Of a DNA stretch of 64,000 nucleotides, positions 51,442 to 59,854 are shown one piece after another; position 1 is the first letter of the stretch, and each line of letters begins with the position of its first letter. The DNA is from an uncultured Eubacteriales bacterium (GTDB lineage: Bacteria > Bacillota > Clostridia > Christensenellales > Aristaeellaceae), in NCBI GenBank assembly GCA_902765395.1, contig CACWZP010000011.1, positions 50,031-114,030 of the forward strand. Direction: 5' to 3'. The position numbers and the translations under genes are program-made. The notes under the pieces were generated by a model. The model did not search any database and was not told the origin of the DNA. It worked only from the letters and a program-made list of their open reading frames with translations.

Positions 51442-52926
51442 TCACAGCGCTTCTTTCAGCAGCCTGAGATCCACGTATTCCGTGTCCCGGATCAGCTCGT
51501 ACAGCGCGTTCAGGATGCGCTTCACGCCGCCGGGGATGGCGCTCTCGGCGTTCAGCACCATCACCGGGTCGTGCACGGACATGCGCAGCTGGAACCAGGC
51601 GTTGTTTACACCGCCGTCCAGGTTGAAGGTGATGCGCACGCCCTCGCGGTTGTCCGGGGCCATCTGCCATTCGGGATGGGTGAGGGTGTGGGAGAGGATG
51701 CCCTCCACGATGGCCTGCACCTCCTCCTCCGGGTCCCAGTCCTCGTAGGGCAGCACCGGCAGGCGCAGCTCCGCGCTCTCCACCGGCTCCTGCAGGCCGT
51801 CGACCAGCTCAATCAGGTCGTGTCCCTCCCGCTTGCGGTTCAGCGCCTCGCAGATCAGCCGCGTGGCCAGGTACAGCCCGTCGTCCATGAAGCCGTTCTC
51901 CCGGAAGGCGGCGTGACCGCTGGTTTCCATGGCGATGGGGCAGTTGATGCCCTCGGCGTTCAGCCGGACGGCCTCGTCGATCACGCTGCGATAGCCCCGC
52001 TTGAAGCGGTAGTGGATGCCGCCCCACTCGGCGATGAAGGCCGACAGGGCGGAGGAGGTCACGCTGTCGGTGACGAAGGTCAGTCCCGGCGCGGCGTCCA
52101 GCAGCATGGCCGCCACCAGCGCGATCAGCCGGTTCTGGGCGATGGGCCGGCCGTCCCGGTCCACGAAGAAGGCGCGAGTGCCGTCGGCGGTGAAGGCCAC
52201 ACCCAGGTCGGCGCGCTTATCCGCCACGGCGCCGGCCAGCGCGGCCAGCGTCTCGGGAGCCTCCGGGTCGGTGAAGATGGGGGAGGGGGCGGTCAGGCTG
52301 CCCTCGGTCTCCACGCCCAGCGCTTCCAGGAAGCGGGCGTACTCAGCGCCCAGGCTGCCGCGGGCGTCCACGATCACCCGCAGGCCCAGCAGGGGCTTCA
52401 GGGCGTCGTCCTCCAGGTATTTCGCGGCCACCCGGCGCAGGTGCTCGTAGTAGCGGCGGGTGGCGGTGTCCGGCCCCACGACCAGCCGCTCGGGCACCTC
52501 CGCGTCCGCGGCGCGGCGCAGGATGTCCTTCACGTCCGCGCTGTCCGGGCCGCCCTTGCTCGTGGTGAACTTGAAGCCGTTCAGCGCGTCCCGGGCGGGG
52601 GTGGCGGTGACCATCACCGCGCCGTCGGCGTCGCCCTGGGCCGCCATGAACAGCGCCGGCGCGGCGCACTGGCCGCAGTCCCGCACGTCGCAGCCCGCGG
52701 CGAGCAGGCCCTTGCTCAGCGCGGCCAGCAGGCGCTTGCCCGAGGGGCGCTCGTCCCGGCCCACGGCCAGCACCAGGGCCTTCGGGTCCTTCTCCAGCCT
52801 CTCTGCCAGCCACAGAGCAAAGACATAGCCCAGCTTCTCGGCGAATTCGTCCGTCAGCGCCTCCTGCGGCCCGCGAACCTCCGAGCCGCTCCTGAATTTA
52901 AGCCATCGGTTGCCGTCGGTATCCAT
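51442..52926 (-). CDS. Alpha-D-phosphohexomutase-family protein with degenerate catalytic loops
   Basis: PGM/PMM four-domain layout. The loops read VTATPARDALNGFKF, FTADGTRAFFVD, METSGH and RMSVHDP instead of TASHNP, DGDGDR, GEESGH and RxSGTEP. Confidence 0.8.
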   Translation of the reverse strand: MDTDGNRWLKFRSGSEVRGPQEALTDEFAEKLGYVFALWLAERLEKDPKALVLAVGRDERPSGKRLLAALSKGLLAAGCDVRDCGQCAAPALFMAAQGDADGAVMVTATPARDALNGFKFTTSKGGPDSADVKDILRRAADAEVPERLVVGPDTATRRYYEHLRRVAAKYLEDDALKPLLGLRVIVDARGSLGAEYARFLEALGVETEGSLTAPSPIFTDPEAPETLAALAGAVADKRADLGVAFTADGTRAFFVDRDGRPIAQNRLIALVAAMLLDAAPGLTFVTDSVTSSALSAFIAEWGGIHYRFKRGYRSVIDEAVRLNAEGINCPIAMETSGHAAFRENGFMDDGLYLATRLICEALNRKREGHDLIELVDGLQEPVESAELRLPVLPYEDWDPEEEVQAIVEGILSHTLTHPEWQMAPDNREGVRITFNLDGGVNNAWFQLRMSVHDPVMVLNAESAIPGGVKRILNALYELIRDTEYVDLRLLKEAL

Positions 52927-53178
52927 AATATGATCCTCGTATTATAGAGTAGTAGTTTATTAAGCTCCTCTCCAAGAGCTGTGCTACACTGTTGGGGATG
53001 CTGTGGATTGGTTTAATGTTCCTACCGCGAGACGGTTTCAGAAAGGCTCCAACCACAGCCCCTTGTCGGAATGTTAATCAGTTAGATACCGGGCAGACGG
53101 TTGATGTAGAACGAGGTTACAAGGGCAAGCGGTACTGTGGTCCCCAGCAGCATCAATAATACAATGGAGGGTTGCTTC

Positions 53179-54354
53179 ATGATCTACGTCGGTATCGATG
53201 TTTCCAAGGACAAGCATGACTGCACAATCGTTTCCTCAGACGGAGAAGTCCTGGCGAATGTGTTCACCATTCAGAACAACCTGGACGGCTTCAAGCTGCT
53301 TTTTCAAAGGATCAAATCCGTAGCACCTGATTTGAGCAAAGTAAAAGTAGGACTCGAGGCCACCGGTCATTACAGCTACAACATCCTCGGATTTCTCCTC
53401 GACAAAGGTCTCGCCACCTTCGTCATTAACCCGCTTCACACCAATCTGTTCCGTAAATCTACCAGTCTTCGCCGGACCAAAACAGACCGTGTCGATGCGC
53501 GCACCATTGCAGCTATGATGATGTCCGGTGTAGTCCTCTCGTCCTACACGGCTATATCATACCACAATGAGGAGCTAAAGTCACTATCCAGATACAGATT
53601 TGACAAGGTCCGAGAGCGTGCCAGGCTAAAGCAATCCGTTTCCCGTCTGGTCAACATTCTCTTCCCGGAATTGGAACGGCTCGTTCCCACGCTCCACATG
53701 ACATCCGTCTATGCCCTGCTTGCCGAACTGCCCGGCGCGAAACAGATCGCTTCCTGCCACCTCGCACATCTGACCAGTCTGCTCTCAACTGCTTCCAAAG
53801 GTCGCTATGATCGCTCCAAGGCCGTTGCACTTCGGGATGCTGCTCGGCAATCCATTGGCTCTGTCATGCCCGCCAAGTCTCTTGAACTCCAGCATACCAT
53901 CCGCCTGATCCGTGAACTGGATGCCGAAATCAATGAGATTGAAGCCGCCCTAAAACAGATGATGGACGAAATCGCTTCTCCCATCCTCACCATCCCCGGT
54001 ATCAGCTATCGCATGGGCGCGATGATCCTCGCTGAGATTGGTGACTTCTCAAGGTTCGCCTCGCCTGACAAACTGTTGGCCTATGCCGGTCTGTCACCGT
54101 CTACCTATCAGTCCGGCAAGCTGGACAACGCCTATGCGCATATGGAAAAGCGCGGCTCTCGTTACCTTCGTTACGCGCTCTACAATGCTACAAAGTACGT
54201 CTGCATCTGGGATAACTCATTCGCTACCTACCTTGCCAAGAAACGCGCTGAGGGTAAACACTACAACGTCGCTATTTCTCACGCTGCAAAGAAACTGGTT
54301 CGCCTGATCTTTGCTTTGCAACGCTCCGGAAAGCCTTACTGCTCGGTGACGTAA
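53179..54354 (+). CDS. IS110-family transposase (DEDD / Transposase_20)
   Basis: N-terminus MIYVGIDVSKDKHDC...GLEATGHYS. C-terminal part AGLSPSTYQSGK...RYLRYALY. Confidence 0.92.
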   Translation: MIYVGIDVSKDKHDCTIVSSDGEVLANVFTIQNNLDGFKLLFQRIKSVAPDLSKVKVGLEATGHYSYNILGFLLDKGLATFVINPLHTNLFRKSTSLRRTKTDRVDARTIAAMMMSGVVLSSYTAISYHNEELKSLSRYRFDKVRERARLKQSVSRLVNILFPELERLVPTLHMTSVYALLAELPGAKQIASCHLAHLTSLLSTASKGRYDRSKAVALRDAARQSIGSVMPAKSLELQHTIRLIRELDAEINEIEAALKQMMDEIASPILTIPGISYRMGAMILAEIGDFSRFASPDKLLAYAGLSPSTYQSGKLDNAYAHMEKRGSRYLRYALYNATKYVCIWDNSFATYLAKKRAEGKHYNVAISHAAKKLVRLIFALQRSGKPYCSVT

Positions 54355-54412
54355 CCCAGCTATTCTCTTCGGAGCCTGAGCCTTCATATTCGCACTGAGC
54401 CGGCGAAGCGTA

Positions 54413-54536
54413 CCCTTGGCAAACCGAAGCATTCAAATGCTATACTGTCTTGGCGAGGGCGCCTGCGTCTGTTTTGCTATTCCCTCCGTCGCCCTCGCTG
54501 CCTTTGCTCCAGCATTTGAATGCTGTTTGTCAAGGG
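54413..54536 (+). ncRNA. Candidate structured RNA in the IS110 3' flank (bridge/seek-RNA-like)
   Basis: Long-range helix CCCTTGGCAAAC..AGCATTCAAATGCT / AGCATTTGAATGCTGTTTG.CAAGGG encloses an inner GGCGAGGGCG / CGCCCTCGC helix. The assignment is purely structural. Confidence 0.3.
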
Positions 54537-54621
54537 CGGCGGGGCTCCTTTGGAAAAATCTTCATTTTCCTCCTTTTCCCCCTTGACATTTAATAGTTAG
54601 TCTTTCTGATATGAAATCAAG

Positions 54622-56244
54622 CTATTTCTTCTTCTTTTTCTTCGGCGCCTTCACCGCCGGGATGGAGCCGGTCCGGCCCAGCTCGGCCTTCGCCCGCTGC
54701 TTCTCCGCGGCCAGGCGCTTCAGCTTCTCGCCCCGTGCCCGCAGGGAGGCCACGGCCAGTATGGTGACCATCACGATCAGCGCCGCGCCCGCGATGATCA
54801 GCAGGATGTAGAATGTGGCGCTGTTGCCGCCCAGCTTCACCGACTCGCCCTCCAAGTCCATGCCCGCGCGGCCCACCTGCTCGGGGCTGACGCCGTCGGG
54901 GACGATGGCCACGTCGATGGGCTCGGTGGACACGGTGCGCTGGCGGCCATCGGCGTCGGTGTAGTTCAGGCAGAACACGAACTGGTCGTCTTCCGTCACC
55001 TCGTAGCCCGCGCTGCACACCGAGGGCGCGCCCGTGGGCACCACAGCCAGCCGGCGGATCTCGCCCCGGTTCACCTCGTAGAGCAGCGCGTCCCTGGCCA
55101 TCACGTTGCCGTCGTTGGCGATGGTGAAGTCGAAGGTCACCTGCCCGGCCCGGTTGATCCTGGGCGTGCGGGGCACGGCTTCCAGGCTGATGGCCACCCG
55201 CGGCTCGTCGCTCTCGCCGGACAGCGTCAGCGTCTCCGTGCGCAGATCCAGCGCCTCGCCCGCGCCGCTCATGCCCGTGACGCGCCAGCGATACTCGCCC
55301 TCGCCCCGCAGGGGATAGGTGTGGCTCACCTCCACCGGCGCGCCGCCGCTGGGCAGCGTCAGGGCGTCGGCGATCACCCCGCCGTACACGTCGTCCAGCA
55401 CCGTCACGCCCGTGTAATCCACGTTGCCGGTGTTGGTCAGGATCAGTACCGCGTCCGCCGTGCCGTCCTCGAAAACCGTGTGCCCCACGGAGAAGGACAG
55501 GTCCAGCGCGCTGTCGGCCATGCCGATGGGCAGCGCCTCCAGGGCCTTCGACACGGTCTCGCCCGAGGGCCCGGCGTACTCCAGCACCGGTGCGGACTGG
55601 GCCGCCTCGTTCAGCGTCACGCGGCTGATGAAGGTCTTGGCCTCGCCCACGTCCAGCCGCTCCAGCCGCCCGGTGAAGTCGCCCAGGCCGTCCCGGATGC
55701 GCAGCGTCGTCAGGGCCACATTGCCGGTGTTCACGATGCGGTAGGTCACCGTCACCAGCCCGCCCGCGCTCACGTAGTTCGAGGACAGCTGGCGGGTGAA
55801 ATCCACCGCCGGCAGCGCCTCGCCCCGGGCGATCCGGGCGCTGAGCGGATAGTTGATCTTCGCCTCCCCGGCGATCATCGGGTCGTGGCTGACGGTGTAG
55901 GTGATCTCCCCGGCGGAGAGCTCCTCCTCCGTCACGGCGTGGGGCCGCACCAGCGTTTGGCTCTCGCCCGGGCCGATCTGGCCGATGGGCTCGGACAGCT
56001 GGCCGTCCGCCGACGACAGCGTCACGTTGCGCACGGGCCGGTCCGTGACGTTCTCGATCACGAAGGTCATGGTCACGTCCTGGGGCGACACCATCACGCC
56101 GGGCTGCACCGTGAATTCGATGGCCAGGCTGCTGGCCGTCTCGCCGCTCTCCGCCATGCCGGTAAACAGGCAGCACAAAACCGCCAGCGCCCCCATCAGG
56201 GCCGCCAGATGCCTGAACCGCCGCGCGTTCGCCATAGCTTCCAT
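54622..56244 (-). CDS. Cell-surface protein with four DUF11/CARDB-like repeat domains and C-terminal TM anchor plus lysine tail
   Basis: Signal-like N-terminus. Recurring modules (VTMTFVIENVTDRPVRNVTL, VTVTYRIVNTGNVALTTLRI, LILTNTGNVDYTGVTVLD, FDFTIANDGNVMARDALL). C-terminal hydrophobic segment and KKKKKK tail. Confidence 0.8.
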   Translation of the reverse strand: MEAMANARRFRHLAALMGALAVLCCLFTGMAESGETASSLAIEFTVQPGVMVSPQDVTMTFVIENVTDRPVRNVTLSSADGQLSEPIGQIGPGESQTLVRPHAVTEEELSAGEITYTVSHDPMIAGEAKINYPLSARIARGEALPAVDFTRQLSSNYVSAGGLVTVTYRIVNTGNVALTTLRIRDGLGDFTGRLERLDVGEAKTFISRVTLNEAAQSAPVLEYAGPSGETVSKALEALPIGMADSALDLSFSVGHTVFEDGTADAVLILTNTGNVDYTGVTVLDDVYGGVIADALTLPSGGAPVEVSHTYPLRGEGEYRWRVTGMSGAGEALDLRTETLTLSGESDEPRVAISLEAVPRTPRINRAGQVTFDFTIANDGNVMARDALLYEVNRGEIRRLAVVPTGAPSVCSAGYEVTEDDQFVFCLNYTDADGRQRTVSTEPIDVAIVPDGVSPEQVGRAGMDLEGESVKLGGNSATFYILLIIAGAALIVMVTILAVASLRARGEKLKRLAAEKQRAKAELGRTGSIPAVKAPKKKKKK

Positions 56245-56382
56245 GCTCCTCGTGTCTCGTGTGGATTTGCGCGCCGAACCCGCCGGCCCACAAAATCCCT
56301 ACTCTATTTTATTGCATTTTGGCACGCCCTGTCAAGCCGTATTCGCACATCCCCTTCCTGACGAAAATTTACATTCCGACTA

Positions 56383-56411
56383 TTGCATTTCCCGGCCAAA
56401 CATGCTATAAT
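56383..56411 (+). promoter_or_regulatory. Near-consensus promoter upstream of the repeat-tRNA unit
   Basis: TTGCAT (56383-56388), a 17-nt spacer, then TATAAT (56406-56411). Confidence 0.65.
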
Positions 56412-56443
56412 ATCTTCTGTTCGATGCGATGCATCGACCGCGT

Positions 56444-56776
56444 GGGGCATTAGCACAGTTGGCTAGAACGAACCGTCGTTTCTACATCCCAATGACGCTG
56501 ATAACACCCACGAAACAGTTTGTCGAAACTGTACAAAATTCGGCAGGATAATTTGGGGCATTAGCACAGTTGGCTAGAACGAACCGTCGTTTCTACATCC
56601 CAATGGCGCTGATAACACCCACGAAACAGTTTGTCGAAACTGCACAAAATTCGACAGCATAATTTGGGGCATTAGCACAGTTGGCTAGAACGAACCGTCG
56701 TTTCTACATCCCAATGAAGCTGATAACACCCACGAAACAGTTTGTCGAAACTGTACAAAATTCGGCAGCATAATTA
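56444..56776 (+). repeat. Three 111-bp tandem units, each starting with the first 23 nt of tRNA-Ala
   Basis: Units start at 56444, 56555 and 56666. Only 6 positions vary between units. The array abuts the intact tRNA at 56777. Confidence 0.97.
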
Positions 56777-56853
56777 GGGGCATTAGCACAGTTGGCTAGC
56801 GCGCTACATTCGCATTGTAGAGGTCACCGGTTCGAATCCGGTATGCTCCACCA
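56777..56853 (+). tRNA. tRNA-Ala (anticodon CGC)
   Basis: Sequence is GGGGCATTAGCACAGTTGGCTAGCGCGCTACATTCGCATTGTAGAGGTCACCGGTTCGAATCCGGTATGCTCCACCA. It has the G3-U70 identity pair, anticodon loop TT-CGC-AT and an encoded CCA. The D-stem has one A-C mismatch. Confidence 0.9.
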
Positions 56854-56859
56854 ACGACG

Positions 56860-56895
56860 ACAGGACTTGATTGAAAGATCAGGTCCTGTTTTTTG
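56860..56895 (+). terminator. Intrinsic terminator after tRNA-Ala
   Basis: 13-bp stem ACAGGACTTGATT-gaaa-GATCAGGTCCTGT (two G-U pairs) followed by TTTTTT. Confidence 0.88.
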
Positions 56896-56903
56896 TATTA
56901 TGA

Positions 56904-56932
56904 TTGCAACCGGGCTTTAACTTTGGTATAAT
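56904..56932 (+). promoter_or_regulatory. Consensus-like promoter of the helicase-methyltransferase operon
   Basis: TTGCAA, a 17-nt spacer, then TATAAT. AGGAGG RBS before ATG 56972. Confidence 0.65.
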
Positions 56933-56971
56933 TACTATATATTGCCTGTAACGTAGACAGGAGGAGTATCG

Positions 56972-59854
56972 ATGATGAAGTTTGCACCAGGAATGCGCGT
57001 CATCATCCGTGATGAAGAATGGATGATTCGGAAGTGTGATTCCAATAGCTTTAAAACCTATACACTGCAATGTGTTGGGCTGTCTCCTCTAGTCAGAGAT
57101 AAGACTGCGTACTTTATTAGCGACCTTGAGAAGGTCGTGGTTATTGATCCTGCCAAAACTACGCTGGTTCCCGACAAATCCTCTCGTTTTGTGCGTTCAC
57201 GCCTGTTCTTGGAGAGCCAGTGGCGTCAAAAAATCCCCACTGATGCCAAGCTGCACATCGGGCATCATGCCGTAATGGATGTCATGCCCTACCAACTGGA
57301 GCCTGCGGCCATGAGCCTTGCCCGCCCACGCCAGCGGATTCTGATGGCAGACGGCGTCGGTCTGGGCAAAACGCTTGAAGCAGGTATTCTGATCAGTGAG
57401 CTCATCGCTCGAGGGAAAGGGCGTCGCATTCTCGTCGTCACGGTTAAGAGCATGATGGCCCAGTTTCAAAAGGAGATGTGGGAGCGCTTTTCCATTCCCT
57501 TGATCAGCCTGGATTCTGCAAAGATTCAGCGCATCCGGCGCGATCTTCCCAGCAATCATAACCCCTTTCACTATTACGATAAGACCATCGTCTCCATCGA
57601 CACGATCAAAAGGGATAGCGAATACCGAGTCCACCTGGAGCATGCCCGGTGGGATATCATCGTGATCGATGAAGCTCACAATGTAGCCAAGCGTGGCAAC
57701 AGCAATTCGCAGCGCGCTCGACTGGCAGACCTTCTCTCCAGCCGGAGCGACACCCTTATCATGCTTTCTGCTACGCCTCACGATGGCAGCGCGCGTTCCT
57801 TCGCTTCTCTGATGAACATGTTGGATCCCACCGCCATTCCCGATCCAGATAATTACACGGAGCAGGATATTAAGGACAATGGCGATGACATCAAGGGCCT
57901 GTTCATACGCCGCTTCAAGAAGGACATTCAGGATCAGGCAATGGGAGGCTTCAAGGAAAGGCGCATTGCCGAAGTGCCCTGCACCGCAACGCCAAAGGAG
58001 GAAGCGGCGCTGGAGGCTTTCCTGACCTACGAATCCCTGCTTCCAAAGACAGAAAATGGAAAGCTGCGAGACATGACGTTCAAGAAGGCCATGTTCTCCA
58101 GCCCTGCCGCGTGCCTGAAATCCGTTCAGGCGCGCATGGGCCGTCTGGCGAAGGAAGGCACAGAGGATGCCTTAAAGGAGCAGCATGCTCTCGGCATTCT
58201 GGAGCGTGCGCTTCAGGACATCAGCCCACAGGACTTTTCACGCTACCAGGAATTGCTGAAGCTTCTCCGCGACCCGGAATACGGCTGGAATTATCGGGCG
58301 GCGGATGACCGCCTGGTCATTTTCACCGAACGTATTGAAACCATGCGCTGGCTGGCCGAGCAGCTTATACAGGATCTTCACCTTCCCGCCGCAGCGGTTC
58401 AGCGGTTGCACGGCGGTATGAGCGATATCGATCAGCAGAAAATCGTAGAAGAATTCGGCCGTGATGAAGCGCCTGTACGCATTCTCGTTGCCAGCGATGT
58501 TGCCTCTGAGGGCATCAACCTGCACTATCTCAGCCACAGGATGATTCATTTTGACATCCCGTGGTCGCTGATGGTGTTCCAGCAGCGGAATGGCCGCGTG
58601 GATCGCTATGGGCAGAAGGTGTCGCCGGACATCCGATACATGGTTACACGATCCACCAATGAGGAGATTCGGGGCGACATGCGTATCCTCCAGGTTTTGA
58701 TCCGCAAGGAAGCGGAGGCTAACAAGAACATTGGCGACGTGGGTGCGCTCATGAACCTGTATGATCAGGACGCCGAGGAGCAGCTGACCTATCGCGCCAT
58801 GGAGGAGAGCACCGCAGAAGCCTTCGAGCAGGAATTGACGATCGATGAAAGTGCTTCCCTGGAGGATTTGTTCGCGGATCTTCTTGACGACACGTCCACG
58901 GCGGCGGATGATTCTTCCCCCAGCGCTTCCACAGTCGCAGAGACGGTGGACGATTACACCCTGATGTCTGACGGAGCGTTCCTGGAAGGCACTGTTCGTC
59001 TGCTGGCCCAGGAGCGACCCTACAAAATACAGCCCCTTCACGACACACAGGGCTTTGAGGTGCGCTGGACACAGGACATGCAGCGGCGCTTTCGCAATGT
59101 TCTGCCGCCGGAGGCCACGCCCAGCATCGACGACTGGCTGATGTTGTCCTCTGACAAGGGCTTCGTGGCGCGGGAAAACCGCCGGAGCCTGCAAAACGCG
59201 CTGGAGGAAGACAGCTGGCCGAAGGTGCACTATCTGTGGCGTCAGCACCCCATCATGCAGTGGGCCAACGATAAAGCCGGGCAATTCTTCGGCCGGCAGG
59301 AAGCGCCGCTGGTTGGTGTGCCTTCACTGAAGAGCGGAGAGGTCGTGTTCTGCATCGCAGGTACCATCCCCAACAAGCGGTCTGCCCCCCTTGTGGATGA
59401 GTGGTTCGGGGTTCATTTTGTAGACGGGCGATTTGATCGCCTCATCCCCATGGATGAAGTGATTGCTATGACGCACTTCAATGACGCGAGTCAGCCCAAT
59501 TCCGATCGCGTGGCCGATGAGGATGCGCAGCGGGTCTCCCGCCTTCTTCCAGAGGTCGTGCAGCAGGCAAAGGCGCACATGACAGCCACCTACAATACAT
59601 ACAGGGCTATGAACGAGGATGCCATCTTTGCGGAGTACGGCAAACTGGAGGCGCTGAAGGCCCGACATGAAAGCCATCTGCAGGAGAAGTATGAACAGCT
59701 CTCCTTCTTTGGCAAGGAAAAACGCCAGGATGCTGAGCAGCGCCACATCGATCAGATATTTGATGAGTTTTACGCATGGGTTGACGAGAGCATGGAAATT
59801 GAGAATGTTCCCTATATCCGCGTCGTCGCAGCCTTCATGGGGGTAGAAGCATGA
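56972..59854 (+). CDS. SNF2-family helicase (DISARM DrmD-like)
   Basis: Motif I MADGVGLGKT, motif II VIDEAHNV, motif III LSATPHDG and motif VI QQRNGRVDRYGQ. Its stop overlaps the next ATG (ATGA). Confidence 0.9.
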   Translation: MMKFAPGMRVIIRDEEWMIRKCDSNSFKTYTLQCVGLSPLVRDKTAYFISDLEKVVVIDPAKTTLVPDKSSRFVRSRLFLESQWRQKIPTDAKLHIGHHAVMDVMPYQLEPAAMSLARPRQRILMADGVGLGKTLEAGILISELIARGKGRRILVVTVKSMMAQFQKEMWERFSIPLISLDSAKIQRIRRDLPSNHNPFHYYDKTIVSIDTIKRDSEYRVHLEHARWDIIVIDEAHNVAKRGNSNSQRARLADLLSSRSDTLIMLSATPHDGSARSFASLMNMLDPTAIPDPDNYTEQDIKDNGDDIKGLFIRRFKKDIQDQAMGGFKERRIAEVPCTATPKEEAALEAFLTYESLLPKTENGKLRDMTFKKAMFSSPAACLKSVQARMGRLAKEGTEDALKEQHALGILERALQDISPQDFSRYQELLKLLRDPEYGWNYRAADDRLVIFTERIETMRWLAEQLIQDLHLPAAAVQRLHGGMSDIDQQKIVEEFGRDEAPVRILVASDVASEGINLHYLSHRMIHFDIPWSLMVFQQRNGRVDRYGQKVSPDIRYMVTRSTNEEIRGDMRILQVLIRKEAEANKNIGDVGALMNLYDQDAEEQLTYRAMEESTAEAFEQELTIDESASLEDLFADLLDDTSTAADDSSPSASTVAETVDDYTLMSDGAFLEGTVRLLAQERPYKIQPLHDTQGFEVRWTQDMQRRFRNVLPPEATPSIDDWLMLSSDKGFVARENRRSLQNALEEDSWPKVHYLWRQHPIMQWANDKAGQFFGRQEAPLVGVPSLKSGEVVFCIAGTIPNKRSAPLVDEWFGVHFVDGRFDRLIPMDEVIAMTHFNDASQPNSDRVADEDAQRVSRLLPEVVQQAKAHMTATYNTYRAMNEDAIFAEYGKLEALKARHESHLQEKYEQLSFFGKEKRQDAEQRHIDQIFDEFYAWVDESMEIENVPYIRVVAAFMGVEA

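Larger units (their letters stand above)
52950..54615 (+). mobile_element. IS110-family insertion sequence (ends approximate)
   Basis: DEDD-type transposase gene with non-coding, hairpin-rich flanks of about 230-260 bp. Composition is lower in G+C than the neighbours. No terminal inverted repeats were recognised, as is usual for this family. Confidence 0.7.

Noticed and set aside
56444-56776. Possible CRISPR array, given the regular repeats near a defence island.
   Set aside because: The whole 111-bp unit is repeated nearly identically, so there are no unique spacers. The conserved 23-nt part is the 5' end of the adjacent tRNA. No cas genes are in the window.
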